Below, piece after piece: positions 19,994 through 30,010 of a stretch of DNA of 64,000 nucleotides; position 1 is the first letter of the stretch, and each line of letters opens with the position of its first letter. The position numbers were made by a program, and so were the translations under genes. The stretch is from Fibrobacteria bacterium. GTDB taxonomy: Bacteria; Fibrobacterota; Fibrobacteria; UBA11236. A model generated the notes under the pieces. That model worked only from the letters and a program-made list of their open reading frames with translations, was not told where the DNA came from and ran no database searches. The stretch lies in NCBI GenBank assembly GCA_041746255.1, contig JBGTHM010000099.1, positions 29,970 to 93,969 of the forward strand, written 5' to 3'.

Positions 19994-21388
19994 TTAAGGT
20001 ATATAGGCGTTTTCGCCGTGGAGGCTGAGGTCGAGACCGTTATTCTCCTCTTCCGGAGTGACGCGCAGCCCAATAGTGGCGTCAACCACTTTCAGGATGA
20101 TGTAGCTGCCGATAGCCGCGATGGCGATTGTGATCATTACGGAAAGCCCTTGGCGCATAAGCTGAGACAGGCTTCCGGCCAGAGACATGGCCACCCCGTC
20201 CACTTCATAGGTGGATACGATGGCTTCGTTGACAAGGGGGCTGGCGAGCAGCCCGGTGGCCAGGGCTCCCAGGATTCCGCCGATGCCGTGGATACCGAAG
20301 GCGTCGAGGCTGTCGTCATATCCGAAGGCGTGCTTTAATTTGGATACCGCCAACAAACACACCACTCCCGAAGCCAATCCGATCAGCATCGCCGCGGGTA
20401 CGGTTACGAACCCGGCGGCGGGGGTTATGGCCACCAGTCCGGCTACCATTCCCGAGGCGGCGCCTAAAACCGTCGCTTTGCCGTTGATGAATTTTTCTGC
20501 CATCATCCAACCCAGGGCGGCGGCGGCGGAGGCGAAATGGGTGGCGGCGAAGGCGCTGGTGGCAAGAGAGCTTGCGCCCAGGGCGCTACCGGCATTGAAG
20601 CCGAACCAGCCCACCCAGAGAAGGGCCGCGCCGATTAGACTGAAAACGATGTTGTGGGGCAGCATCGATTCCGTCGGATATCCGAGGCGCTTTCCCAGGA
20701 CCAGGGCGCAAACCAGTGCGGAAACGCCGGAGCTGATATGTACCACCGTGCCTCCCGCAAAATCCAGGGCGGGGATGGTCGCGCCGTCGACCCAATTGAA
20801 CAGACCGCCCGCTCCCCACACCATGTGAGCCAGCGGAAAATAGATGAAAGTGGACCAGAGAATGGTGAAAAGCACGAAGGCTCCGTATTTCATTCTTTCC
20901 GCGAAGGCCCCGCTGATGAGGGCCGGCGTAATGATGGCGAACATGAGCTGGAAAAGCATGAAGGTTTGTTGGGGAATGGTCGCGGCATAGGTCGGATTGG
21001 GCTCGGCTCCCACGCCTTTAAGCAAGAAATATTGAAAAGGATTTCCGAAGAAAGCGTTTCCTTCCCCGAAGGCAACGCTGTATCCATAAAAAGCCCATAA
21101 TACGGAAACAATGCCCATGGCGGAAAAACTATACATCATGGTGGAGAGGACGTTTTTACGTCGCGACAATCCGCCGTAAAAAAGCGCCAGCCCAGGAGCG
21201 GTCATGAGGAGTACCAGGGCCGCGCTTATCATCATCCAGGCGTTGTCGCCCGTATCGATGGATAAAACGGCCTCGGTTTCCTTCGCGGTGGAGAGTTGCA
21301 CGGCGCCCGCCAGTACCGATAGGAAGAAGGTTTTAGCCGAGGTCGTGAATTTACTGTAACCGGACATTTGTGATCCCTTTCTTGACAT
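19994..21388 (-). CDS. amtB: Ammonium transporter AmtB
   Basis: Motifs PGLALFYGG, FQLMFAIIT, DFAGGTVVH, WFGFNAGS, DDSLDAFGIHG (twin His intact). An alternative start at 21367 has a better RBS. Confidence 0.95.
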   Translation of the reverse strand: MSRKGSQMSGYSKFTTSAKTFFLSVLAGAVQLSTAKETEAVLSIDTGDNAWMMISAALVLLMTAPGLALFYGGLSRRKNVLSTMMYSFSAMGIVSVLWAFYGYSVAFGEGNAFFGNPFQYFLLKGVGAEPNPTYAATIPQQTFMLFQLMFAIITPALISGAFAERMKYGAFVLFTILWSTFIYFPLAHMVWGAGGLFNWVDGATIPALDFAGGTVVHISSGVSALVCALVLGKRLGYPTESMLPHNIVFSLIGAALLWVGWFGFNAGSALGASSLATSAFAATHFASAAAALGWMMAEKFINGKATVLGAASGMVAGLVAITPAAGFVTVPAAMLIGLASGVVCLLAVSKLKHAFGYDDSLDAFGIHGIGGILGALATGLLASPLVNEAIVSTYEVDGVAMSLAGSLSQLMRQGLSVMITIAIAAIGSYIILKVVDATIGLRVTPEEENNGLDLSLHGENAYIP

Positions 21389-21499
21389 TTCTTTTCCAAA
21401 GAAAGGCGGAAAAGTAATATTGTCGCGGATTGGATCAAAGTGTCAAAGAGAAGGTAAATGTAAAAATACGTAACCTACAGGTTTACTCTATAAAAACGG

Positions 21500-21532
21500 A
21501 AAAAGAGGATGGAAGGAAACCCTCCATCCTCT
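21500..21532 (-). terminator. Rho-independent terminator after the second amt gene
   Basis: Minus strand reads AGAGGATGGAGGG-TTT-CCTTCCATCCTCT followed by a T-rich tail. Confidence 0.8.
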
Positions 21533-21556
21533 CGGCTTGAGGCCGATATTCCGGCT

Positions 21557-22912
21557 TTATCCCTTGGTGGTCGAGATCGTGAAGTCGGCGTAGGCCGACA
21601 TTCCGTGTTCGCCCATATCCAATCCCCCCAATTCTTCTTCGGCGCTGACGCGAAGTCCCATGACCGCCTTCACTATGGCGAATATTACCAGCGCTGCGGC
21701 GAAGGTCGCGACGCCGTAGGCGAGCACACCCACCGCCTGGATTCCCAGTTGCGCCAGGCCGGCTTTGGCTCCGAAAATCCCGACAGCCAAGGTTCCCCAT
21801 ATTCCGCATACGAGGTGAACCGAAATCGCTCCCACGGGGTCGTCGATACGGATTCGGTCGAAGAAAACCACCGAGAAGACCACAATCACGCCGGCGATGA
21901 AGCCGATGGCGATGGATGACCCCATGGCCATCTGGTCCGCGCCAGCCGTGATGCCGACCAGTCCTGCGAGAACACCGTTGAGTATCATGGTGAGGTCCGG
22001 CTTCCTGGAGGTTACCATCAAAGTGAACATTGCTCCGATCGCTCCCGCCGATGCGGCCAGGGCCGTGGTTACCAGTACCAGGGAAGTCGCTCCGGGGTCG
22101 GCGCTCAAAACGGAACCGCCGTTGAATCCGAACCATCCGAGCCAGAGAAGAAAAACACCGATAGTGGCCAAGGGCATGCTATGTCCGGGAATGGGACGGA
22201 CTTTGCCGTCGACGAATCTTCCCAAACGGGGTCCCAGCAGAATTACCCCCGCCAAGGCGCCCCATCCGCCCACGGAATGCACCAGTGTGGATCCGGCGAA
22301 GTCGTAGAAACCCATGCCGTCCAACCATCCGGCGCCCCATTTCCACGATCCCAGGATGGGGTAGATAATGGCCACGAAAACCGTGGAAAAAACCAGGAAG
22401 GAGTTCAATTTGATACGCTCCGCAACAGCACCTGAAACGATGGTGGCAGCGGTGGCTGCGAACATGGCCTGGAACAAAAAGTCAGTCCAGTACGTATAGC
22501 CTTCGTTGTAGGCGGAGGTTATACCCGCCTCGTCGGTAGTGATTCCGAAACCGGCGAAACCGAATATCCCCATGGAATCCTCGGCGAACCCAGGGTACAT
22601 AAGATTGAATCCCACCAAAGCGTAGGTCACGATTCCGATGGGGAGAATCAGGGCATTCTTGAAAAGGATATTGACCGTATTCTTCGCCTGGGTCAATCCC
22701 GATTCGAGCGAGGCGAAGCCAAGATGCATGATAAACACCAAAGCCGCGGCCAACATCATCCAGATGTTGTTGGCTGTGAACATTTCCGCGCTGACACCCG
22801 CCGCCTCGGCCTCCTGGGCGGAAACCGCCCCCGCCAATAGGAGTGGCGCGGTTAAAAACAGCGCTCCGGCCCTGGGTAGCTTGAAGACTAATTGATTAAT
22901 TCTTTTCGGCAT
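21557..22912 (-). CDS. amt: Ammonium transporter (second Amt, different subfamily)
   Basis: Motifs MHLGFASLESG, FQAMFAATAATIVSGAVAER, DFAGSTLVH, DDPVGAISVH. Start placed at MPKRINQ. Confidence 0.93.
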   Translation of the reverse strand: MPKRINQLVFKLPRAGALFLTAPLLLAGAVSAQEAEAAGVSAEMFTANNIWMMLAAALVFIMHLGFASLESGLTQAKNTVNILFKNALILPIGIVTYALVGFNLMYPGFAEDSMGIFGFAGFGITTDEAGITSAYNEGYTYWTDFLFQAMFAATAATIVSGAVAERIKLNSFLVFSTVFVAIIYPILGSWKWGAGWLDGMGFYDFAGSTLVHSVGGWGALAGVILLGPRLGRFVDGKVRPIPGHSMPLATIGVFLLWLGWFGFNGGSVLSADPGATSLVLVTTALAASAGAIGAMFTLMVTSRKPDLTMILNGVLAGLVGITAGADQMAMGSSIAIGFIAGVIVVFSVVFFDRIRIDDPVGAISVHLVCGIWGTLAVGIFGAKAGLAQLGIQAVGVLAYGVATFAAALVIFAIVKAVMGLRVSAEEELGGLDMGEHGMSAYADFTISTTKG

Positions 22913-22986
22913 AATACACCCTTTTCTGATGACTTGTCCTTCGTGTTCCCCCACGGGGCCACCTATTGCATCTGTCGGCTTACCAA

Positions 22987-23002
22987 AGCACTCTTTGTGC
23001 CA
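22987..23002 (-). promoter_or_regulatory. Sigma-54 (-24/-12) promoter of amt
   Basis: Minus strand reads TGGCAC-AAAGA-GTGCT, giving exact GG-N10-GC spacing. Confidence 0.75.
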
Positions 23003-23170
23003 ATCATCTAGACTGCGACAATTCGGAGAAATCGGAGGTTTCGGTCCAATATTGAAAAGAGATTGTCAATATTTGCTGAAAGTGTCATTTTTGGAATGAC
23101 AAATATTGGCAGACAGTGACAAATGACGGGTTTGGAAAATCGGGCCGGCTCGGATTAAGCCTGGATGGGC

Positions 23171-23869
23171 TTAGAAGGCGAGGTGTTGTTTAACCAGTTC
23201 GGGAGTGAGGTCGGAGGTATTACCGCTTAAGAGAATTGCGCCTCTATCCATGATGTGGTAGCCGTCTCCCAGGGATTTGGCAAATTCAAAAAATTGTTCC
23301 ACCAGTACGATGGCGAGATCGCCTCGTTGCTTCAATTTTCGCAGGACGCTCTCGATTTCCCATATGATGGAAGGTTGTATTCCCTCAGTCGGTTCGTCCA
23401 ACAGCAAAACTTTGGGATCGCCCAGTAAAGCGCGCGCAAGGGCCAATTGTTGCTGTTGTCCGCCACTCAGGTTTCCACCCAGCCGTCGTTTCATAGTTCC
23501 TAAAAAAGGAAATAAATCGTAAATCTCGTCTTCGGGCACTTTCTTCAACCCATCGGTCCTCGCTTGGAGGCCTAACTGCAAGTTTTCGAACAACGTTAAT
23601 TTGGGAAAAATTTCTCGGCCTTGAGGTACATAGGCGAGGCCTAGCTTCGCTCTTTTATAGGGAGTAAAGGACGTGATATCCTTTTCTTCCCAGGTTATGC
23701 GACCCTTGCGCGCGGGTAATAAGCCCATCAGGGTTTTCAGTAAAGTGGTTTTTCCCACCCCGTTTCGTCCCATAATGGCAGTAACCGTGCCAGGCGCGAA
23801 CTCCATGTTCACCTCACGCAAAATGCGGCTTTCCCCGTAGTAGGCGTCGATATTTTCGATTTTAAGCAT
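23171..23869 (-). CDS. urtE: Urea ABC transporter ATPase UrtE
   Basis: Motifs GRNGVGKTT, YVPQGREIFP, LSGGQQQQLALARAL, LDEPTEGIQPSI. Confidence 0.93.
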   Translation of the reverse strand: MLKIENIDAYYGESRILREVNMEFAPGTVTAIMGRNGVGKTTLLKTLMGLLPARKGRITWEEKDITSFTPYKRAKLGLAYVPQGREIFPKLTLFENLQLGLQARTDGLKKVPEDEIYDLFPFLGTMKRRLGGNLSGGQQQQLALARALLGDPKVLLLDEPTEGIQPSIIWEIESVLRKLKQRGDLAIVLVEQFFEFAKSLGDGYHIMDRGAILLSGNTSDLTPELVKQHLAF

Positions 23870-23906
23870 GGGATCCCTCTACCTTTCGCCTTGAGTTGGA
23901 GCAGGG

Positions 23907-24656
23907 TTATCCGCGTGTGGAGCGGCCCAGGTAACGCTCAATCACTTCTGGGTTCTCCTGTACCGATTCCAGGCTGCCTTCGGTCAATACTCGCCCTTCG
24001 CAAAGTACGGTAACCTTGCGGGCCAGTTGTCGCACAAACTCCATGTCATGCTCGATAACGATGATGGAATGCCTCCCCGACAAATCCAGTAGCAGCCTGC
24101 CGGTCTTCTCTGTTTCCTCGTCCGTCATTCCCGCCGCAGGTTCGTCTATAAGTAAAAGTTTCGGATCCATGGCTATCAGCATTCCGATTTCCAACCATTG
24201 CTTCTGTCCATGTGACAGGTGGGAAGCCTGCCGGTTCAGGGAATCGGCCAATCCGACGGTGAAGGCGATATCCCCGATGCTACTGCGAAGCGTTGAGGCG
24301 CTTCGGGAGAACAGAGTGGAGAAAACCCCTTTTGCATCCTTATGAGCCAACAGGAGATTGTCATAAACGCTGAGGCTACCGAATACGGTGGGAGTCTGAA
24401 ATTTTCTCCCCACGCCCAGGGAAACGATTTCCGCTTCGGTTAATTTCGTCAAATCCTTCCCCGCCATTTCGGCTTTTCCGGAAGTGGGTTTGGTTTTTCC
24501 GCACAGCACATCGAGAAAAGTGGTCTTACCGGCTCCGTTGGGTCCGATAACGACACGTAATTCATTTTCAAAAAGTTCGAAGGTATCGATATCCAAAGCT
24601 TTGAACCCGTCGAAGGATACGCAAAGGCTTTCAACGTATAGCTGTAACTCCTTCAT
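23907..24656 (-). CDS. urtD: Urea ABC transporter ATPase UrtD
   Basis: Motifs SFDGFKAL, GPNGAGKTT, GRKFQTPTVF, LSHGQKQWLEIGM. AGGAGG RBS precedes the ATG at 24656. Confidence 0.93.
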   Translation of the reverse strand: MKELQLYVESLCVSFDGFKALDIDTFELFENELRVVIGPNGAGKTTFLDVLCGKTKPTSGKAEMAGKDLTKLTEAEIVSLGVGRKFQTPTVFGSLSVYDNLLLAHKDAKGVFSTLFSRSASTLRSSIGDIAFTVGLADSLNRQASHLSHGQKQWLEIGMLIAMDPKLLLIDEPAAGMTDEETEKTGRLLLDLSGRHSIIVIEHDMEFVRQLARKVTVLCEGRVLTEGSLESVQENPEVIERYLGRSTRG

Positions 24657-25755
24657 GGGTCGCTTCCTCCTTTCCATCGAGCGGAGATTTTTTCCTGGGA
24701 AAAACTTTTCGAACCACGCCGGTAATTCCCTGGGGAAAGAAGAGCACGACTCCGATAAACAGGCTCCCTAGAAAATAAAGCCAGGTTCCCGGAAAGCGTG
24801 CCGTGAGGTAGCTATAACAGAGGTTGACTCCCAGCGCCCCCACCACCGCGCCTACCAGGGTTCCACGGCCGCCTACGGCGACCCAAATCACCATTTCGAT
24901 GGAACTCCTTACGTCCATTCGGCCGGGAGTAATGATTCCGGTTTGCGGAACATAGAGCATGCCGCCAATTGCGCCTAATACGGCCGCAAACACGAATACG
25001 AAAACCTTGAAGTTCGTGACCGAATAACCGGTGAAGCGGACGCGGTTCTCACTGTCCCGGATAGCGATAAGCAATCGTCCCAACTTTGATCCCACCACGG
25101 CTCGACAGGCGATATACGCCAGGATTAAAACAGTTGCGCTGACAAAATACAGGGCTTTTTTTGTGCCTTGCGAAGAAAGATCGAAGCCTAGTAGAGTTTT
25201 GAAATCGGTAAGTCCGTTGGTGCCACCGAGCATGGTTTCGTTGCGCAGGAAAATCAGCCATAGCGCAAGGGCTAAAGCCTGGGTAATGATGGAGAAATAC
25301 ACTCCTTTAATGCGGCTGCGGAATGCCAGAAAACCAAAAATCAATGCGAAGAGGCCGGGCACGGCGATGGATAGGATTATCGCCAGGGGAAAATTGTGGA
25401 ACGGTTGCCAGAACAGGGGAAGTTTCTCGACCTGGTTCCACACCATGAAATCCGGTATGGCGATGCCGTAAACCCCTTCGGTGCCGGTTTCGAGCAGCAT
25501 ATGCATGCCGAGTCCATAGCCCCCCATGGCGAAAAAGGCCGCCTGGCAGAGCGAGAGAATGCCGGTGAATCCCCAGATTAAATCGATCCCCAGCGCGGCG
25601 ATGGCGAAACAAAGGTAACGCCCCAATAGATTCAGAGTTAAATCGGAAACGAGGCCTAGCGCATTTCCGATGGGAAGCGCGACTATGAAAATCAGCACCA
25701 TCCAGGCGGGACCTGGATAGGCGCGTAACAGGGTGAAATATTCAGCCTTCTTCAT
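24631..25755 (-). CDS. urtC: Urea ABC transporter permease UrtC
   Basis: Motifs IPDFMVWN..LPLFW, FRSRIKGVYFSIITQAL, GGTNGLTDFK, SIEMVIWVAVGGRGTL. Confidence 0.93.
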   Translation of the reverse strand: MKKAEYFTLLRAYPGPAWMVLIFIVALPIGNALGLVSDLTLNLLGRYLCFAIAALGIDLIWGFTGILSLCQAAFFAMGGYGLGMHMLLETGTEGVYGIAIPDFMVWNQVEKLPLFWQPFHNFPLAIILSIAVPGLFALIFGFLAFRSRIKGVYFSIITQALALALWLIFLRNETMLGGTNGLTDFKTLLGFDLSSQGTKKALYFVSATVLILAYIACRAVVGSKLGRLLIAIRDSENRVRFTGYSVTNFKVFVFVFAAVLGAIGGMLYVPQTGIITPGRMDVRSSIEMVIWVAVGGRGTLVGAVVGALGVNLCYSYLTARFPGTWLYFLGSLFIGVVLFFPQGITGVVRKVFPRKKSPLDGKEEATHEGVTAIR

Positions 25756-27478
25756 ATCGCCCTTTCGCCGGAAAAAGGCCGGAGGGTTTTTGTTGCAGGA
25801 AAAAAATGACCAAGACCAGCAAAGTGACTTTGGCGTATACGGCTTGGAGGTAGGGCTCCATGAATTTATTGAGAAGGCCGATTCCCAGTCCGGAAAATAA
25901 GGCTCCCGTCAATTTCCCAACACCCCCGGTAACCACCACCAAAAACGAATCCACGATATAGTTTTGCCCCATTCCCGGATCCACGTTGCCGACCTGGGTC
26001 ATGGCCCAGCCCGCAACGCCCGCGATACCGGTTCCCAGTGCGAAAGTCAAGGTGTCGATACGGCGAGTATGAATGCCCAAGCAAGAGCTCATGGCGCGAT
26101 TCTGGGTGACGGCGCGAATGCGCATGCCTAGCCCGGTGCGATAGAAAAGTATGGCCATGCAGAGTACGATGGTTGCGGTTAATGCGATTATGAAAAGGCG
26201 ATTGTAGGGAAGGACTACGGTGGGAAAAATCTCCCAGCCTTGTGACAACAAAGCTGGCGTTGACACGGAGGTAAGATCCCCGAAGATGTGGCGCGCGCCC
26301 TGGATTAATAATAGGCTTACTCCCCAAGTCGCCAGAAGGGTTTCCAATGGCCTTCCATATAAGCGTCGGATGATGAGAAATTCCACCAGCATGCCCATGC
26401 CGGCTGCCACCAAAAAAGCTGCGGGTAGGGAGGCGGGGAAAAACCACCCGGAATAGGATGCGGGTAGGTAGCGGGTGAATAACTCCTGTACAACAAAAGT
26501 GGCATACGCTCCTATCATCATAAACTCGCCATGCGCCATGTTGATTACGCCCATGAGCCCGAATATCACGGCCAATCCCAGGGCCATGAGTATGAGGATG
26601 GAACCGAGGCTGATTCCGGAAAAGAAATTCTGTATCGCACCGGTAACCTGGGTCCATGAGTTGATACGGGCAAGACTGCGATTTATCGCATCACGCACCG
26701 CGCTTTCCGCTTCAGGGTAGGTCCCCTCTCCGTCTTGCGTCACTCGAAATTTCAAATCGGAAACGGCATGCACTGCGTGGATTTTTCCCAGACCCTCGGC
26801 CGCGGCCAGGCGCTCCATGGGATTTTCGGAAGCAAGCCGCAGCCGGAAAAGGGATTCCTGCAAGGTATGCGCCACGGATTTATCCGTTTCCCTGGTCAGG
26901 GCATCTTCAAGCATGGGGATGGTTTGTGCCTCGCCCAACGAAGCCAGGTTGCGGGCAGCCTGCTTACGCAAATCGGATGCTGGGCTGCGTAATTGCATGG
27001 AAGTCAGGAAAGGTTGAATTACCGCTCTCATGGCTCGATTGGTTTCGAACTCCACCAAATCATCGGGCGCTTGTAGGAGAATTTCTCCGTCCGATGCGGT
27101 TATGGGAGTGAAGGGGTAGGGCATATAAAGAGGCACCCAAAGGGCATCGTCCTGGATCATTTCGGCACCCGCAACGACCAGCAACGGAGCATCACCCTCA
27201 ATAGGCGAATACCAATAAACGGATCCCTTATAGACAGCTTCCAAAAAGGGATGTAATTGGGGGTCTCCCATTGCGGACAAGTCTTCGATGGCTCCGAGAG
27301 CCTGGTCCTCCTCACCATGCAAGGATTGAAAGATGGAGTCGATATGGGAAGTTCGCGAAGAATTCCCGCTAGGGAGTAAGGAACTCTCCCCGGCCATGCT
27401 TGGGTTGCCTGCGAATAATAGGATTACCCAGGCCAGGGATATAAGGATCATCGGCGACATGGTGTGGGCCCCGTGCAA
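25742..27478 (-). CDS. urtB: Urea ABC transporter permease UrtB with periplasmic HEAT-like N-terminal domain
   Basis: Motifs GLMGVINMAHGEFMMIGAY, RPLETLLATWGVSL, YIVDSFLVVV. The start may be the ATG at 27460. Confidence 0.92.
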   Translation of the reverse strand: MHGAHTMSPMILISLAWVILLFAGNPSMAGESSLLPSGNSSRTSHIDSIFQSLHGEEDQALGAIEDLSAMGDPQLHPFLEAVYKGSVYWYSPIEGDAPLLVVAGAEMIQDDALWVPLYMPYPFTPITASDGEILLQAPDDLVEFETNRAMRAVIQPFLTSMQLRSPASDLRKQAARNLASLGEAQTIPMLEDALTRETDKSVAHTLQESLFRLRLASENPMERLAAAEGLGKIHAVHAVSDLKFRVTQDGEGTYPEAESAVRDAINRSLARINSWTQVTGAIQNFFSGISLGSILILMALGLAVIFGLMGVINMAHGEFMMIGAYATFVVQELFTRYLPASYSGWFFPASLPAAFLVAAGMGMLVEFLIIRRLYGRPLETLLATWGVSLLLIQGARHIFGDLTSVSTPALLSQGWEIFPTVVLPYNRLFIIALTATIVLCMAILFYRTGLGMRIRAVTQNRAMSSCLGIHTRRIDTLTFALGTGIAGVAGWAMTQVGNVDPGMGQNYIVDSFLVVVTGGVGKLTGALFSGLGIGLLNKFMEPYLQAVYAKVTLLVLVIFFLQQKPSGLFPAKGRYEEG

Positions 27479-27480
27479 TC

Positions 27481-27509
27481 GTGTACCGCCCGGTAATTAG
27501 GCGGTACAC
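27481..27509. other. Intercistronic stem-loop between urtA and urtB
   Basis: GTGTACCGCC-N9-GGCGGTACAC is a perfect 10-bp inverted repeat with no U-tract. Confidence 0.65.
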
Positions 27510-27526
27510 TGTGGAAAAGAGGAGGT

Positions 27527-28825
27527 TTATTTAGTGGCTTTGGTATAGGTTCCTTGATGATTCACGTGATCGCAGCTTTTATCGGGGCTGGTATACATCG
27601 ACCAAGGCTCCGGATTGACCAGCCCTTTGGATTTCCATACGACTTTGAATTGCCCATCTTTTCTGATTTCACCGATATAAACGGGCTTGGCCAAATGGTG
27701 ATTGTTGGCATCCATTTGAACTTTGCCGCCGGGGGCGTCGTTCATGAGCCCGTATAGAGCGGGACGGACTTTGTCGACGTCGAAGGATTTGGCTTTTTCG
27801 ACGGCGTCTTTCCAGAGGTAAACTCCGACATAAGACCAGTGAATCGGGTCGCCTGTGACGCGATTGGCTCCGCCCGGAAGTTTATTCTTGACCGCGAAAG
27901 CTTTGAAATTCTTGGTGAAGCGGGCGTTTTCGGGAGTCTTTACCGATTGGAAATAATTCCAAGCTGCGAGATGGCCTACGAGAAATTCGGTATCCATCGA
28001 ACGCAATTCGTCTTCGGCTACCGAAAAAGCCATGATGGGCACCATGGAAGAGGTTAGGCCCTGGTTCGCGAACTCTTTATAAAAGGGAACGTTGGAGTCG
28101 CCGTTGATGGTGGAGAGTACCGCGGTTTTTCCGCCAGCGGAAAATCTCTTGATCTTCTGTACTATAGTCTGATAATCCTGGTGGTGGAAGGGCGTATACT
28201 CCTCCACGATATCCGATTCAGGAATTCCCTTAGCCAATAAAAAGGCTTTCAAGATTTTATTAGCTGTACGCGGAAAAACATAATCCGTTCCCAAAAGGTA
28301 GAAGCGTTTATAATCGCCTCCTTCCTTGCTCATCAAATACTCAGCCGCGGGAATCAACTGTTGATTGGGAGTGGCGCCGGTATAGATGACATTACGGCTG
28401 CATTCCTCTCCTTCGTATTGGACGGGGTAAAAGAGTAAGCCATTATTGTTTTCGAAAACCGGCAGCACGGATTTTCGGGAAACCGAGGTCCAGCAGCCGA
28501 ATACCACGGAGACTTTGTCCTGTAACAGCAGGCGTTTGGACTGTTCTGCGAACAAATCCCAATCCGAAGCGGGATCCACCACCACCGGGTCAATTTGCTT
28601 TCCGAGCACGCCGCCTTTGGCATTGATTTCTTCCACGGCCATCAAAACCACGTCGCGTAAAGAAACTTCCGAGATTGCCATGGTACCGCTCAGGGAATGC
28701 AGCACTCCAATCTTGACTTTTTCTACGGCTTTTTTTTCAGCTTGGGCGCCCCAAGGCAAGGCCAGGCCCGCGATGAGCGATAACCCGCGGGCGGTTCGAA
28801 ATAGTGGTGTTTTCCAATTTAACAT
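27527..28825 (-). CDS. urtA: Urea ABC transporter substrate-binding protein UrtA
   Basis: Motifs GVLHSLSGTMAISE, DPASDW, FGCWTSVSRKSVLP, YPVQYEG, GTDYVFPRT. Start at MLNWKT with an AGGAGG RBS. Confidence 0.95.
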   Translation of the reverse strand: MLNWKTPLFRTARGLSLIAGLALPWGAQAEKKAVEKVKIGVLHSLSGTMAISEVSLRDVVLMAVEEINAKGGVLGKQIDPVVVDPASDWDLFAEQSKRLLLQDKVSVVFGCWTSVSRKSVLPVFENNNGLLFYPVQYEGEECSRNVIYTGATPNQQLIPAAEYLMSKEGGDYKRFYLLGTDYVFPRTANKILKAFLLAKGIPESDIVEEYTPFHHQDYQTIVQKIKRFSAGGKTAVLSTINGDSNVPFYKEFANQGLTSSMVPIMAFSVAEDELRSMDTEFLVGHLAAWNYFQSVKTPENARFTKNFKAFAVKNKLPGGANRVTGDPIHWSYVGVYLWKDAVEKAKSFDVDKVRPALYGLMNDAPGGKVQMDANNHHLAKPVYIGEIRKDGQFKVVWKSKGLVNPEPWSMYTSPDKSCDHVNHQGTYTKATK

Positions 28826-28880
28826 AGGTGTTCCTCCTGAGTGGAATGTGATGACGATTCTGAAATCCTCTTCAAGAAAC

Positions 28881-28896
28881 AGCAATTCCAGTGCCA
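28881..28896 (-). promoter_or_regulatory. Sigma-54 promoter of urtABCDE
   Basis: Minus strand reads TGGCAC-TGGAA-TTGCT, a consensus -24/-12 site. Confidence 0.85.
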
Positions 28897-28967
28897 CGGA
28901 CTGAAAAATTTCTGCCTGCACAATTGCAGCGAATTTCCGTACAAGTGGCAAACAATTTCCAGGAGAA

Positions 28968-29042
28968 TGGACGAGAGTGTAAATTAGTGGCAGGGCTTGT
29001 AACGTCGTATCATCTCTTGGCAGTAAATGTCTCTTTTTGGAA
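28968..29042. promoter_or_regulatory. 10-bp-phased TGNCA-like array (candidate enhancer/UAS) between the divergent urt and ure promoters
   Basis: TGGAC, TGTAA, TGGCA, TGTAA, TATCA, TGGCA, TGTCT and TGGAA begin at 28968, 28978 ... 29038, exactly every 10 nt. Confidence 0.5.
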
Positions 29043-29104
29043 AGCACCCGCAGTTGCTTAGGGGGCCCTAACTCAGCAAGTCACTCATTCCGGTTGGGAT
29101 TATC

Positions 29105-29120
29105 TGGCACTATTTTTGCA
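29105..29120 (+). promoter_or_regulatory. Sigma-54 promoter of the urease operon
   Basis: TGGCAC-TATTT-TTGCA, a consensus -24/-12 site. Confidence 0.88.
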
Positions 29121-29158
29121 AACGATGAGATAGTGAATAAGCAACAACTCATCGCATT

Positions 29159-30004
29159 ATGGTAGTGGCAACCCTTCCGAAAGCGACGCGGTTGCGGGTT
29201 GAAAAAGTAAGGGGACTCTCGCGTCTAGTACTCCATAGCGAGCAGCCCCCCGTCAAAGCCTTGTCTCCGCGGAACCGTACCGGAGCCGCCCGGATCGTTT
29301 TAAGCAGCTATGGCGGCGGTATCGTCCAGGGGGATCATGCGCGGGTAGAGTTGGAATGCGGCGTGGGAGCCGGTGTTTTTCTGGGGACGCAATCCTCTAC
29401 TAAAATCTATCCCACTCCCGAGCGATCCAGCGGTCAAACTTTTCACGGTACGGTCCATGCTGCCGGACTGATAGTCTCCTGGCCAGATCCAATCGTTCCC
29501 TATGCGGGAAGTCGGTTTAATCAAAACCAGGTTTGGCGGGTTGAGTCGGATGGCAATTTGTTGGCGGCTGATTGGCTGCAACCGGGACGGGAAGCCAATG
29601 GTGAAAGGTTCCGCTATGAAAGGTTCACAAGCGATACCTCGATTCGTTTGGCGGGGGAGTTGGTCATTCATGATCGCTTCGAATTTCGCCCGGGGGTGCA
29701 AAACCCGCGAAGTCCGGCCCATTTCGGCGGATTCGGAGGAATGCTTAACATCTATATAGTGGGGGATAGGTTGTGCGGAAATATGCGGGAGCTTGAAGGG
29801 CCTTTGCTTGCGTGTAACCGACCGGTTAGTCCGGGATCTCCAGCCCGCCTGTTGGTGACTTTCTCCGCGCTTCGTCCCAATGTTTTTTTAGTGCGCGCCC
29901 TGGGCATCGCGAAAGCCGATCTCGATCCGTTGGCGGACTTGATTTGTGCGCAGTTGGCCAGGCCGGAACTCTTAGGATTCAATCCCCTGGAAAGGAAATG
30001 GTAG
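29159..30004 (+). CDS. ureD: Urease accessory protein UreD
   Basis: Motifs SSYGGGIVQGD, TQSSTKIY, PDPIVPYAGSRFNQ, GREANGE. First gene of the ure operon. Confidence 0.88.
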   Translation: MVVATLPKATRLRVEKVRGLSRLVLHSEQPPVKALSPRNRTGAARIVLSSYGGGIVQGDHARVELECGVGAGVFLGTQSSTKIYPTPERSSGQTFHGTVHAAGLIVSWPDPIVPYAGSRFNQNQVWRVESDGNLLAADWLQPGREANGERFRYERFTSDTSIRLAGELVIHDRFEFRPGVQNPRSPAHFGGFGGMLNIYIVGDRLCGNMRELEGPLLACNRPVSPGSPARLLVTFSALRPNVFLVRALGIAKADLDPLADLICAQLARPELLGFNPLERKW

Positions 30005-30010
30005 AGAAGA

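Noticed and set aside
28917..28928. TGCACAATTGCA as an NtrC box
   Set aside because: The spacing does not fit TGCAC-N7-GTGCA.
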